Shown here: positions 13,329 through 41,799 of the stretch, one piece after another
Layout: the number at the start of each line of letters is the position of its first letter
Numbering within the stretch: position 1 is the first letter of the stretch
Assembly: GCA_965153355.1 (NCBI GenBank)
Contig: OZ231126.1
Location: 8,990,001 to 9,054,000, forward strand
Origin: Flaccisagitta enflata
Lineage: Eukaryota
Reading direction: 5' to 3'
Length of the DNA stretch: 64,000 nt
Program-made: the position numbers and the translations under genes
The notes under the pieces: model-generated
Told to the model about the DNA's origin: nothing
Seen by the model: only the letters and a program-made list of their open reading frames with translations
Database searches by the model: none

Positions 13329-15949
13329 TAAATATGACTGACACAGACCACAGTGTGAAGCAAAGGGGTTGTAGTGAGTGTTATTGCCCTAAAGCTAGGT
13401 ATTTTTACATAATTCAATGTTTTGTTATGAACATGTGATCATTTGTTGGCATTTGCTGGTTGTTTGGCCTGGTGGAGTGTAAATTAGTCATCTTAATCCC
13501 ACTATCAATTTTAAAAAGAGGATAAAATTCAGCTTTAGAGGGGGCTTTGGGGTGCTTAAACTTTAGGCACCTCCTCACCTGCTAATTTATGCAAGTGTGT
13601 AGTACAAATGACCGTTAGTTGTCCTGGTGGCATTTGATTTTAAGGAATATCTTTTTGTTAGTTGCTATGCAATGTTAGGTCAATTAATTTAATAGTAGGT
13701 TGGTTGGTTGGTTGATCACTCTATCAACAGACTGCAATAGCTTTTGGGCCGTCTACACCTCTCATCATATATATGTAGTCTTTGCAATTGCGTCTGGACC
13801 TTGAACATCTGCGACAAAGTTGTAGATTCCTAAAATAACTCTAGGACAAGTATAGGACAAGTATAGGACAACTAGAGGTCAGCTCTAGGACATTATAGAT
13901 TAAGATTGAGATTTCAGAGTGACAGGTATGGGACAACCTGTACACAACTGTTATTCAAACCTATACAAACCAATAACAATCCTTAGACATCAACATATAC
14001 ATTTATCACCTAAATGGGCCAACTTTATGGAACTACAGCGTTATTCAGGATTAATTGAAAATTTTTCTAAAGATAGATTTGCAATCAGCATTGTCATATT
14101 GTTCAATCCCAAAGAGTACAGCCAAGTACAGGCGGTTTTGTTTGCGTAATTAAAGTTTTTATCATGGTATTCTTAATCCTGAATCAATGAAGATTTTTGA
14201 TGCAACAAAAAAAGATCTATCTTGTTGTTTTTGGTCTTATGATGCTGAACCAACTAAGTATAATCACAATTTAAACTCTAAACAATAGGGGGCGGCTATT
14301 TGGGAGGAACTCTGCATGGTTGCTTAAAGTAGTATGGGGTAACGAAAATTTTGTATCATGTCAATTATTATTTTCATACGGAAATCCCTTCATAAGCTAT
14401 TCATAATATTATTTGTAAAAAGAAATTTAAGCCGTTATCCATTTTCATACAAACTAGCCTAATATACTTAAACGATGACAGTGTATAAAAGATCGTTCTC
14501 TGCGCGGTCATCTTTTCTGCAGTTCAAAACAGAATCTGCGATTTTCTTTATTTTTATGCTTTACCTTCCCTTAAAGAAATGATGATTACGGCAAGTTACC
14601 ATCGGAGAAAATCTTTAACAAAAACAGTTTCAGAAAGCATTTTTACTCCTCAATAACATATCTCGGAAACTCGAGGGGACCTCAATTATAAATACCCGTT
14701 TAATCAAGTCAAAGTTGTGCTAATATCTAAATATTCATAGGTGAGGAACAGGTCTTTTTCTCGGCTTTTTTTTCTCGCTGTAAGCCCACCTGCCTTTAAG
14801 GAATGTTTGTTTAGGTGTCTTTATATGTAAGTTCACTTATATTACTAAAAATGTTATTATGATTTTTAGTCGCGTGCACGCGACTCTACAACCCGCTTTG
14901 TCGGTCCGTCCGTCCGTCGGTCCGTCCGTCCGTCGGTCCATCCGTCCGTCCGTCCGTCGGTCCGTCACACTTTACTTTTTTGTACTATAATGTCAACTCT
15001 TAGGTCATTTTAAGTCATTTTAAGTCATTTATAGTTATTCTAAGTCATTTTGAGTCAGTCTAAGTCATTTTAAGTCATTTTAAGTCATTTTAAGTTATTT
15101 TAAGTTATTTTTGGTTTTTTGTTTTCTTAGTCATTTTAAGTCAATTTTGGTCATTTTAGGTCATTCTAAGTCATTGAAAGTCATTCTAAGTCATTCTAAG
15201 TCACTCTTTGTCTGTAAGTCTCGCACGCGACTTATAGGTGTTGGCCTTGTTGTACTTAACTCGTGTTCCGCAAGCAGAAAATGTCAATGTCTAACTTCAG
15301 GATTTGAGCGCTGTGACGGAGCTCAGGTTCGCTTGCTACTTAAAGTTAAAGGAGAAAGTTTGGTCAGCAGAAAAGGAAAGGTTGGTCAGCAGGCCTCATT
15401 GATTCTGAACGCACAGCGCTCCTTCTCGGCAGGTAAAAGACAGAAGAAAAAGAAGAAGAAGAAGAAGAAGAAGAAGAAGAAGAAGAAGAAGAAAAAGAAG
15501 GAGAAGAAGAAGAAGAAGAAGAAGAAGAAGAAGAAGAAGAAGAAGAAGAAGAAGAAGAAGAAGAAGAAGAAGAAGAAGAGAAAAAGAAAAAGGAGAAGAA
15601 AAGAAAAAGAATAAGATAAAACAAGGGAGAAATGACGGGGGAGAGGAGCAATTAAAGTCACTATCAAGATCCTCATTTGCATATTGAAGTTTGATATCAT
15701 TTCTCCGTTTTTATGTTGTTAATCTGGAATACAGTCAATTTAGGTTAAAACGTCAGCAATCGCTGTATCTGCCATTACTGTGAAATAAAAGAAGAGGACC
15801 TATTACTCATTCAAAAGTAATCAGCATCGTATTGTGTTTGATATGGTCTTCCGCGACTCAGATCTAGATGGATGAAAATGGCACCAAAAAAATTTTGCAC
15901 GTGGTGGAATAATTTGATGCTACAGTTTTTCAAGATGGTGACAAGAACA

Positions 15950-18460
<2,511 letters not shown>

Positions 18461-20584
18461 AGCAATAATCGGGAAAAAAGTTGAAGTCAGTCTTCGACTT
18501 TTTGACATATTCGAGAGAAATAGGGTTTTCATTTTCTTATGAGAAAGTTGGGAATCACCAAGCAGAATGCTCTATGGTAAATGTTTTTCGCGTTATGAAT
18601 TTTTAAAGATTTATTTACAAAAAATTGAAACTGAATTTTTTTTAATTTTTTATGATTTTCAGTAGGATAATAAAGCAGTGTATTAAAGTTTGTTTGAGCA
18701 TGCAAATACAAGAAAACATGTTTATGAGCAAATCTGCTAATCTGTGAGGGTATTTTTGAGCATTTTAGCTCATTTAGCTCATTTAGCTCAGTCTGTTTTT
18801 CTGATTTCAAATGCAATAAATGAATAAATGTTTTGATACATGTTTGAGCATGCAAATACAAGAAAGCATATCAGTGAGCAGAGTTGATCATCTGTGAGGG
18901 TGTTTTTGAGTATTTTAGCTCATTTAGCTCAGTCTTTTTTTTTCTGTTTTTTTTTAATGGGATAAATGAATAAATGTTTTGATGTGAACATGCAAATACA
19001 AGAAAGCATGTCAGTGAGCATAGCTGGTTGTCTGCTCGAATGATTTTGAGCATTTTAGCTCATCTGGCTCATTTGGCTCAGTCATATTTTTCTCTGATTT
19101 TCAGTGCCATTAATACATACAACTGTCCCTGATTTGATCTAACAAATAAAAAGATTTGCAGTGACTGAAAACAAAAACCTGGTGAAAAATGGCCAATGCT
19201 TACAACTTTTTTCCTCACGGTGACAGCCGCCGTTACTGGTACAACTAAGATTTTCACTATTTTTTTATATAATAAAGAATGAGAGAACCAAAGCATTTTG
19301 ATCTTTTTCCTTGTGATCAATAATCCAGGAGCAAAACCAGCTGAACTACAATGTACAAATTAAAGGCTTAATAGGGTTTCAGAAAATAAACGAAGGATGA
19401 ATGAAATTTTAAAAAAAAACTGTCTTAGCATTACTGTCCCAACACTCCCTGCTGATGATGATGATCTGATTGAAAAAAAAGGGCGGGTGAGCAGGGACAG
19501 TAATGTGAGTGGCCAGGGGCAGTTTTTATGTGGGCAAGAAGTAATGTGCCTGGGCAGGGGTCGTCATGCTCAGAGATCAGGCTAAACGAGGTTCAAAGTT
19601 CGCTGAGGATTGCTACATTAAATTAAAAAAGATGGAAACTCTTAACGGTGTTTAACTAGTGATGGCAATTGAGCCGGAGGGGGGGGGGGGGCGTATAGAT
19701 AATTAGCAGTGCCGGATACACGGCTAACCAAGCCGCGCGTGCTGGTGGGCAAGGGCAGTTACGAAGAAGGCTTATCAATCATTCGGGCAGGGGCAGTGTT
19801 GCCAAGTACACCCGTTGACGCCGAAAAGCTTGAAAACATTACAGACCCACGGACCGGCAGACGGACGGACTGATTTGCCATACTAACCTACTGTTTTAGT
19901 TTGTAATTCCAATTGCACAGAAATAAAATTCCGTGTTCCATTCAATTTCTTTAACTCCTACTGTAAATTTATCAAGCTCACCTTTCCTAATTACAACGAA
20001 GATGGAGTGAGGATCATAATTTTATTCATCGGTAATCGGTTGATAACATTAACAGCAGCGCAGTTAACAAGGATATGTAGCACAATTAGCACATTGTACA
20101 ATGAAACAACCTAATATCTAATCAATAAAATGGACGAACCAATCTTGATGTTTCCAGAGCCCAGTTACCGACAAAAATGGACAATCAATCGGCTTCCGTT
20201 TTTAAGCGCGACAAAGCACCTCAATAATTGGCTGTGTCCGTCGGTCGGTCGGTTGGTCTGTCGGTAACGCATTCGTTCGACGATCCACACGTCGCACCTT
20301 GTTGGTCTACTAAGCCTTGTTTTTAGGTGCGACAAAGCACCTCTATAACTGGCTGTGTCCGTTGGTCTGTCTGTCTGTTGGTTGGTAACGCATTCGTTCG
20401 ACGATCCACACGTCGCACCTTATTGGCCTACTTGGCCTTTTTTGTACGTACGTACGTACGTACACATTACGTCACGAGAAAAGTACCAAACAGCCATCTG
20501 GACTCTGAAGCGGAAGTCGACTGGTCTTTGTGACAAAATTTATTAACTGAGCGCTTATGTGACACTTTCGACTATAATATAAAT

Positions 20585-21355
20585 TATTTGGAAAAAAGTC
20601 GAAGAGACGAAGTCCCTTCGGTCTTTTTGAGTCCTGCAGAGTTTTTTGGATTTCCCTTTTTCTCATGAAGCGTTTGGGGAAGTTGGTAAGCTTTTGGGGC
20701 CAAGTGGTACTACGCATGAAATTAATAGCTAAGAAAGATCTAATTCTCCTCTTTCAGATGACGCCAAGCAGAATTCTGTGTGATTGATAGTTTTGAAGCT
20801 ATGATTTTTTAAATCTTTTTTGTTTTTTTCGCATTTTTTGCATTTTTCCCAAAAACGAGGAATCAAGTTGAGGTTTATTTGAACTTTGAAATGTCCCAGG
20901 TGATGATTGTGCGTCCTGGCAACACAGTCTTGCTCTCATTTCAACTCAGTCCATCCATCAGTCTGTTGGTTTGTCTGCCCGTCTGAGTGGTAGGGGGTTG
21001 GATGCTTCTGTCAACCTGTCAGAAATGATTTGGAAAAAAGTCGAGATTCGAAGATTCAAAGACTTTTTGAGTTCCGCGAAGGAAAATTGTTTTCCCTTTT
21101 TTTATGGGGCGTTTGCGGAAGTTGATAAATTTTGGGGGCCGAATGAAACTACGCATGAAATTAATAGCTGAGAAAGAGCTAAATAAATGACGCCAAGCAG
21201 AATTCTGTGCGATTGATAGTTTTGGAGCTATGATTTTCTGAATCTTTTTTTATTTTTTGCATTTTTTGCATTTTTTCCAAAAATAAGGAATTAAGTTATT
21301 GAAGTCTATTTGAACTTCAAATTATCCCAGATGATGATTGTGCATGCTGGCAGCA
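20585..21355 (+). repeat. Diverged tandem duplication, about 440-bp period
   Basis: atttggaaaaaagtcga.., acgcatgaaattaatagct and atgacgccaagcagaattctgtg each occur twice, colinearly. Confidence 0.8.
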
Positions 21356-21534
21356 AAGTTTTTCACTCTTTTAGTTGTGGAATCTATAAGAGGCTTTGTC
21401 CATCCGTTGGTCTGTTGGTCCATCAGTCTACCCATGGTGATCAAGTCAAAAGTGGAAAAACAAGCATTGTCACTCTCTCTTTCTCTCTCTGTCTCATTCT
21501 CTGTCCGTCTGTCAGTCTGTCCATCTTTCTGTCC

Positions 21535-21626
<92 letters not shown>

Positions 21627-21747
21627 TTTTTTTTCTCTCAGCATTTACGACTTTTTTCCTACGGCGATTAGCCGCCTTTATTGGTAAAATGTGGGACGCA
21701 AAACTGTATCCGACCATGTTTGGCAAAAAAAAACAAAAAACAAATTT

Positions 21748-23751
21748 TAGGGCCGGCAGTAGTTAAGGATTTCAAATTAACTAGTTAATAGCTAACTAAC
21801 TACTTTTTTGCCTAGTTAACTACAAAAGTAGTTAAAACCAGCCTCTGTCATTATCAAGCATATTATCTTTGGTAAACCATATATCTCTCAGTTATCCAGT
21901 CATTTTTTTCCATCTTGTAATGTTTTGGAAATCTATCATTATGGCATAATGCAAAAATGATCGTAAAACTAGTTCAAATAACAAAAAATGATTGTTTCAA
22001 GATTATATCAACCTCAAATCAAAACAGGTCAAACATTAAGTTCTTAACTGCCAAACAAGGTGCAAAAGAATAGATTTCCCAAGACAGATAGTTTCTTAGA
22101 AAGCAAAGATTAGCAACACTCTTGTTAGAGAGAGGAACTGTCATTTTAGAAACACAGTCCTGCTGCATTTAAGGCTTTTTCTGCCTCAATGAAAGACACA
22201 GAGGTTGTTGAACACCCAGTTCATTTCATATTTTGACAGGGTAATTGATCAATGAACAAGCCAAATTATTCAGAAATCATGAGTTCTTGTTTGTAGATGA
22301 TCCCACATCTGATGTCCTTTGCTTCAATAAACTTCGTTGTTGTATGCGCAATTCATAGAAAACTAAAACAAAACTGAAAAATAGACCAATAGAGTGACAG
22401 ACAGGCTGACAGGCTGACAGATACAAACTGATAAAAACTCAATTTAGTGCCATTGATAAATCCATATGCAATAAGGTAGAATATCATATGAGATAAAAAT
22501 CTTAAAAACGTTTACTTGATCATAGATAATCTGAAGAAGAAATGAGTTTTGTTGAAAGGATCAAAAAGGCAATGTAGACTAAAAAAGATAATTGGAATAA
22601 CCAAAGAGACAGAAAAGAACACAATGGCTGACAGAGGACTAATGACCTAAAGCTTAATTGAAAGTGTCCTGAGTTCCCACATCCCGACTCATTCTGGATC
22701 ACTTGCCGTACTAATCAAAAAATGAATCATCTTTGAGCTTGTGATGATTTCCCATATTGGCACATAAAACGGCATAAGGATGTGATTTTTGAATCATGAC
22801 CATTTTCAGTTGTAAATTGATGCATGCAGCTGCTGTCTTGTAGAGCACAGACGTAAAAATGTAATTGCAGACATTATTCTGAACAAAAAAGCAGGATTAG
22901 AAATGTATATATAACAGGTCGCCCAAGGGCAATATATGGTCAGCGATACCCTTTGCCCTGCTTTGAGTGATTGTGAGTTGGAGTGAGGGGAAGCAGGGCA
23001 GCGGCCCCGAAGGGGACGAAGTCCTGTAGAACACAGGGGGACTTTCGTTTGTCCTGCCTTACGTGGATGAGATGCTACATAGAGGGTTGACTGAAGGCCT
23101 TCAAGAGCTTAAATCAAGGTCTAAGAAGGCTGATGTAATGCCTGAAAATGCCAATTGGAAGTTTGAGAGGCGTAGCTTGAGGCCTAATTTGAGGCATGAG
23201 AGGACAGGTTTAAGGCATGGGAATTTCGATTTGAGGCCTGCGAGGCCTAATTTGAGGTCTGAAAGGCCAGTTTTGAGGCCTGAGAGGCCGGATTTGAAGC
23301 CGGAGAGGCTGGATTTGAGGCCAGAGAGGCTGGATTTGAGGCCTGAGAGGCTGGATTAGAGGCCTGAGAGGCTGGATTAGAGGCCTGAGAGGCTGGATTA
23401 GAGGCCTGAGAGGCTGGATTTGAGGCCTGAGAGGCTGGATTTGAGGCATGAGAGGCTGGATTTGAGGCCTGAGAGGCCAGATCTGAGGCCTGAGAGGCCA
23501 GATTTGAGGCCTGATGAAGGGGGGGACTAACGAACGGACGAACGAACGAAAGTCCCCCTGTGTTCTACAGGACTTCGTCCCCTTCGGGGCCGCTGCCCAA
23601 AAGCTATGAGTGTTTCAAAGGACTTATCAATTCAACAATCACTTTTTTGATTTAACTATTTTAACTAGTTAATTTTGTCTAGTTAACTACTACCACTTTC
23701 AGAAAATTAACTAGTTAACTAACTAGTTAAAGTTAACTACTGCCGGCCCTA
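21748..23751. mobile_element. hAT-type non-autonomous transposon with nested insertion
   Basis: 19-bp TIR tagggccggcagtagttaa / ttaactactgccggcccta; perfect 8-bp TSD acaaattt (21740-21747, 23752-23759); subterminal tagttaact repeats. Confidence 0.9.
22913..23602. mobile_element. Nested element with about 50-bp perfect inverted repeats and an internal 21-bp tandem array
   Basis: gggcagcggccccgaaggggacgaagtcctgtagaacacagggggactttcgtt at about 22996, with its reverse complement ending at about 23598. (gaggcctgagaggctggattt)n at about 23230-23512. Confidence 0.85.
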
Positions 23752-24041
23752 ACAAATTTCCATAACGAGATTATCGTGAATACGATTGTATGCATCGTGT
23801 GTGTGTAAATTGTGCAATATCGATGAGATATCTTGATTAGCACCAATAATTAGAATCGAGTTCATGGATCAAATTTTTACATCTTGAGGATGAAAGTTCT
23901 TTCTAAAATCTGAATCGGTTTGTGCAAGTTTTTCTCTTTGGCTAAATTTACAATGAGGTTCATAAAAGCTTTTTAAAGTGATATTATTGTTCACTGATAC
24001 CGAGAGACCGAGATATATGGACGGCGCGTTACGGACATAGT

Positions 24042-24107
<66 letters not shown>

Positions 24108-24400
24108 ACGATGAAAATATAAGAATATGAAATTAAACAATTCATGCCCAAAAAGGTTGTCAAAAATTTAGGCAAAATTATTCATCTTTTGCTCATTTGC
24201 ACTGAGAGACCTCCATGCGAATAAACTTCATTTCAACTTGATATATACATCTTCAGCGATGTACCTTGAATACAATTTAGATAGAGTTAAACGAGTGATA
24301 GTCGTTAATAAAGCGGCGGTGGGTTTGTTTTTATTTTCAGCGGAAGGAGTAAGTTATGGGCGGTGAGTAAACTTGCACATGGGTAGGAGTGGCTCGCATA

Positions 24401-24976
24401 AGTCGGGGTGCAATCGAAGACAAAATTTGATCAGTCAACACAATTTTTTGCAATATCATAGACATTGTTAATTTGTATCTTTTATCGATGAAAAATGATA
24501 ATCAGTTTATATTTAAACTATTTTTGCATTAAAAACCATTTCTGTGTCCAAAGTAATTGTGAAATGAAAAATCTTTTTATACAATCTGACATGTTTTGGG
24601 CAAAATTATAACTTTGCATAGAGATTCAAAAATCACAATTTTCAAAAACATGGCGTTTTTCTAAAGACTTATAAGATGAGGGCCATGTGTTTAGAAATGC
24701 AAAATTTTGTACTGAGAAGCAGAATTATAATTTTACCTAATAACTTTCTGAACTTTTTCTCTCATTTTCAGGAGAGATTTTCTTGTTTAATTGAATAACT
24801 TTGGTTTTTATGAACATACAATAAAAACTTATTGTTTGTTAATTATTTCCAAATATTCTTTAAAAAATCTGGAGTATGAAAATTTTGATTTCAAACCTTG
24901 TTACTTACTAGGATAGCTAAATATAACAATTTATTGTGACTGAAAATCAAATTTTGTCTTCGTTTGCTCCCCGACA
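24401..24976. mobile_element. MITE, TA-flanked
   Basis: gtcggggtgcaatcgaagacaaaatttgat ... atcaaattttgtcttcgtttgctccccgac. Confidence 0.75.
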
Positions 24977-25086
24977 TAAGCCGATGACAATGATAAGTCA
25001 ATGATATCCAAAACTTCATTTATGAATCGATCGATCGATCGATCGATCAATAAATCGATCGATCGATCAATCAAACGATCATTGAT

Positions 25087-37273
<12,187 letters not shown>

Positions 37274-38713
37274 CACTCAACCAAGGCGTCAACACCAAGA
37301 TGAGGAAGATGAAGAAGAGTGAGATGAGGAAGAGTAACAGGATGAGGTGGATGAGGAGGAGCAAGAGGTAGACGAGAAGGATGAGAAAGATGAAGATGAA
37401 GAGGCGGAACCGGATGAGGTGCAATACGAGGTGGATGAGGATATGAGTTGTCAGCCACTCCAACAAAATTCAAGGCTTAGATTGAATCGGATTGTGAGAT
37501 CTCAGTCGAATGGCGAGATCTGATCAAAAATGGTACAGTGTTTTAAATTGTATCCTTTTGGTTCATGGTTTAAAAGTGTGAGATCAAAAGTGACGAGGAA
37601 TTTCCTTTTGTTAACCTTTAGTTTGATTCATTTTTCTTCTATTTCAATGGTATTTTGCCTTTAAATAACATCGCCCACTGAACAAGGGATGCCCCCTATG
37701 AAGAGTTTCTTATTCTGTCATCTGTTCCCAGGCATTGTGAATTCCCGCGATCCACTCATTCCACTCATGGACTAGGAAAAAAATAAATTATAAATCATGG
37801 AACGGGTTCAATTAAGCATGCAAAAGGCAAAAAGAGGGTCCCAGGAAGATAAATTTGAATAGGGACATTATCAAAGTGGGGGACAGGGAGGCACAGAATT
37901 CAAAAAAGCGGTATTCTTCATATTTTTGAATATAGACAAAGGCGATGTGGGATTCGGGTGTGTCAGTATGCAAAATGTTTTTTGATCAAATCATCATCAT
38001 CAGGGAGTGTTGGGACTCTAATTCTAAAACACTTACTGTTTTTCTTTTTTCAAATTTCATTCATCTTCCGTTTTTTTCTAAATCCCTATTTAGCCCCTAA
38101 TTTGTATATTGTAGTACAGCTGGTTTTGCACTTGGATAATTGATGATTAGGAAAAAAATCAAAACTCATTAATTTTCTTATTTCTTACACTGTGAAAAAT
38201 TAGTGAAAATCTTCTGCTTTTATAAAAGAAAACTTAATAATAGAAAAAATATAATTTTTCAAATGATATATCAATCTCATTTTCAACAAAACTGGGTACA
38301 GTCGCTAAAAGTACATATATTTTTGACAATCTTTACACGCGCTAAAAAAATGGAAGATGACTGAAATTGAAAAAAATGAAAATAGTCAGTATCTTGTAAT
38401 TAGTGACTTCATACTCCCTGATGATGATGAACTGATCAGAAGACCTTTTGCATATTAACACACCCGAATGTGGGATGGCGATCACAGTCAAGAGGAGGAA
38501 TATTAAGTTTGTAAGTTGTGGTCCTCTCCGAATCAACAAGCACGATGGCTCCCTTTGTTTGAGAGCATGAATTCGAGCACAGCATTGTCCAAGTGATGGT
38601 CTGGTTTTGTTTTGCTACGAAAGACGAAAACATCTTAGAAGGACTATAGCATCACTGGGTAAGTGGCCCGTCGTTATTAACTTCTCCCTTCAAGTTTGAC
38701 TCGGAACAGCTCA

Positions 38714-40746
38714 TTAAGACGCTTGATTGTTTCCTTGTTCAAACTTTTTCGGTTGATGTTTTTCATCTTGATGACATTCTTTGAAGCACCGAGAACAAAA
38801 CAAATCATGTTGACATTCGGGACAGACCCAAACCGCGTCATCGTTGCAAATCACGCACCTGACAAAGGAAAAACAAAACGCTATCATTATTAGATATTCT
38901 TTTTTCTTTCTTCCTTCCTTCCTTCCTTCCTTCCTTCCTTCCTTCCTTCCTTCCTTCCTTCCTTCCTTTTTTCCTTCCTTTCTTCCTCCCTTCATTACTC
39001 CCTTCCTTCCTCCCTTCCTTCCTTCCTTCCTTCCTTCCTTCAGAAAAAAGGCAGGACTGCCTTTTTTTTTGCCATTTTTCCCTTCCTTCCGTCATCATAA
39101 TTGCATAAAACAAAAGAGAAAGTGCAATCGGAGCAAAACACACACACAAGCACACACACGCACACGCACACGCACGCGCACACGCACGGAAAACGACCAA
39201 ACGCATAATACATCGCATGAATAATTTCTCCTCACCATGGTAATTTTTGTGCTTCTTCAGCGGCGTCATTTTCCGCTCTCGTGATTCTCCTTCCCAAATC
39301 CTTTAACGGCTTTTTCAAGTCGAATTTCTCCAACCCATCCAAGGAAGGAAGTTCCAATCGGCCTTCTTCCAGATCTTCCTCCAATTTCGCTTCGGCCACC
39401 AATCGACGAATTATTTTCTGTTCTTCCTCCGCATCATCATCCTCTTCCTCTTCCTCTTCCTCCTCCTGTTCCCCACCCTTCTCTTTGTTCTTCTTCTGTT
39501 CTTCCTTGAATTTCTTCAGCTCTTCCAGTTTTTGCTTTATTTGGTCATCCTCGGCGAGTTGTTTCATTTCCCTTTTGGCGTCTGCTTCCAATTCCGCCGC
39601 CGTCGCCTCCATCAGTCGATTCATTTCATCCAAATCTTCATCTTTCTTCTCTTCTTCCTTCTCGCCTTCTTGATCCGTCTCGTGGTTGTTTGAAGACGCT
39701 GCCTTTGTTGAGTTGAGGCCGTCGATGAGTTTCGCCGCCGCCGCCGCACTTTCCTCATCGTCCTCCATCTTCCCACCTCCACCTTCCTCACCACCTTCTT
39801 TCCCTTTCTCACCACCTTTCAGCTGCCTCAACCTGGTCTCGATGGATTCGACGAGGTCGGCTCGGTGGGCGTCGTCGAGCTTCACTTCGTCGGCCAGTTC
39901 CCGCAACAGGTCGTCCACTTGCTCCACTTGAGTCCGCCTATCCGCCGGCGGAAGATACGATTTGGCAGCAGCTGCGTTGGAAGGGGAAGAGGAAGATGCG
40001 TTTTCGCCTTTGAGTTGTCGCGCGCGCGCAGCCAATTGATCGTCGAGAGAGACGTCCGTGGTTGAGGCGTTGGAAGGCAGTTCCGATGCTGATATCGTTG
40101 TTGTTGTTGTCATAGCTGTCGTTGTTGATTCCGACGTTACTCCCGTCGAATTAGCCGCCGATGTAGAAAATAAAATTGTATCGGATGGGGCAGTTGGTGT
40201 CTTGGCATTTTGAGATGACGTCGTTGCTGTAGTCGTTGGCGTTGCTGACGTCGTTGCTGTGGTCGCTGATGACGTTGCCGACGTCGTCGTTGCAGGAATT
40301 TCCTTGAGTTTTTCGAGTCTTTTCTTTATTTCCAGATCTTCTGGTCCTAAACCGATGGACCAATTGTGTCCCAAATCTTTTTTTCCTGTGCGAATACCGC
40401 CTCCTCCGCCTCCTCCTCCTCCTCCACCGCCACCTCCTCCACCACCGCCAGACTTAGATTCAACTAACATTCGTTCTCTCTTCAAGAGATTTTCCGGTGG
40501 CTCCCAGTCTCGCGTCGACGGTGTAGGCGCCTGCGCCGGCTCCGCAGATGCCGCCGTGGATTCTGACGAGGCGCTGGCGGAAAGCGTCTGGAAGCAGCCG
40601 TTACAAAGACGACGTTTGCGATTATCATTGGGAAGTCGCCTTTCTTCGCTGCATTTGCCGCAAAAGGAATATCCGCATTGAGAGCAGCCGCGCTCTTTCC
40701 GGAACAGACCGAAAGAATGGGCGCAAGAACTGCAACGACCAGGCAT
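38714..40746 (-). CDS. ZFYVE19: Abscission/NoCut checkpoint regulator ANCHR (N-terminal FYVE-like finger, acidic coiled region, C-terminal B-box)
   Basis: Exon 40746-39236 starts MPGRCSSCAHSFGLFRKERGCSQCGYSFCGKC..RLCNGCF, contains WEPPENLLKR and ends LP-TG|GTGAG. Exon 38858-38714 completes [32 protein letters not shown]..*, the characteristic ZFYVE19 C-terminal zinc module. Phases match (2). Confidence 0.9.
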
Positions 40747-41014
40747 CGCCACTATTGAGGAGTGTCGGGCAGAGAGGAAGAGGAAGAGTATTAGGAATGG
40801 ACGCAAGAGCAGCAACTACCCAACATCGCCACTTAGGGCTGTTGGGGCGAGAGGAAGAGTATTGAGAATGAGCGCGCAAAAGCTGCAACGACCCGACAAC
40901 GCCACTACTGAGGAAGGGAGGGAGGAAAAGGAGAAATATGCACTAAGAATTTCTAAGAATTTTAGGTACCCTTCGAGGAATTCCCAAGCGATTGGAAAAT
41001 CATAGGTCAACAGC

Positions 41015-41062
<48 letters not shown>

Positions 41063-41098
41063 AACAATAACAATAACAATAACAATAACAATAACAAT

Positions 41099-41129
<31 letters not shown>

Positions 41130-41300
41130 TCGACTTTGCTTGTAAGTGCAACGATAACGTGGTGGAATAACGAAGACACAATTAACAAATGCGTCGCGAT
41201 GACAACGACAACAACAACATCAACAACGACATCGACAACAACAACAACGACAACGACGATGACAACGACAACAACGACGACGACAACGACAATAAAGACG

Positions 41301-41334
<34 letters not shown>

Positions 41335-41380
41335 CTACATTGACAACAAAAACGATAACGACGACAAAAAGGACGACATC

Positions 41381-41430
<50 letters not shown>

Positions 41431-41799
41431 CCTTCACATCGAAAGTAGCAACAGCAACATTGACAACTACAACACCAAAATAGAACAACTTTAACGAGAA
41501 GACGTTTTTATACAGGTGAAAAGAAACCGTGTAGTTAGACTCCTAGAGAAAGACAATATATTTGCGATGGTGAGTGGGAGAATTAAAGGGAGAGAGAGGA
41601 TGAATTTGAATGATGAAAAGTAGATACAACGGTAAGTAACAAGGTAAGTTTTGAAGGAGAAAAAATGATAAAAAAGGTAAGTAAAAAGGTAAGTAAAAAG
41701 GTAAGTTTGAAGGAGAAACATAAGGTCAATGAACATTATTTGTTTTTGTGCAGAAAAAATGGTCTGATGGCGCTACGGCCGGCCTATAATCCACTGGTA

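Noticed and set aside
40992-41494. Poly-Thr/Asn/Val ORFs (and similar ER/SL/CV/HT ORFs throughout the window)
   Set aside because: Translations of (AAC)n, (GA)n, (GT)n and (GAT)n microsatellites, with no coding evidence.
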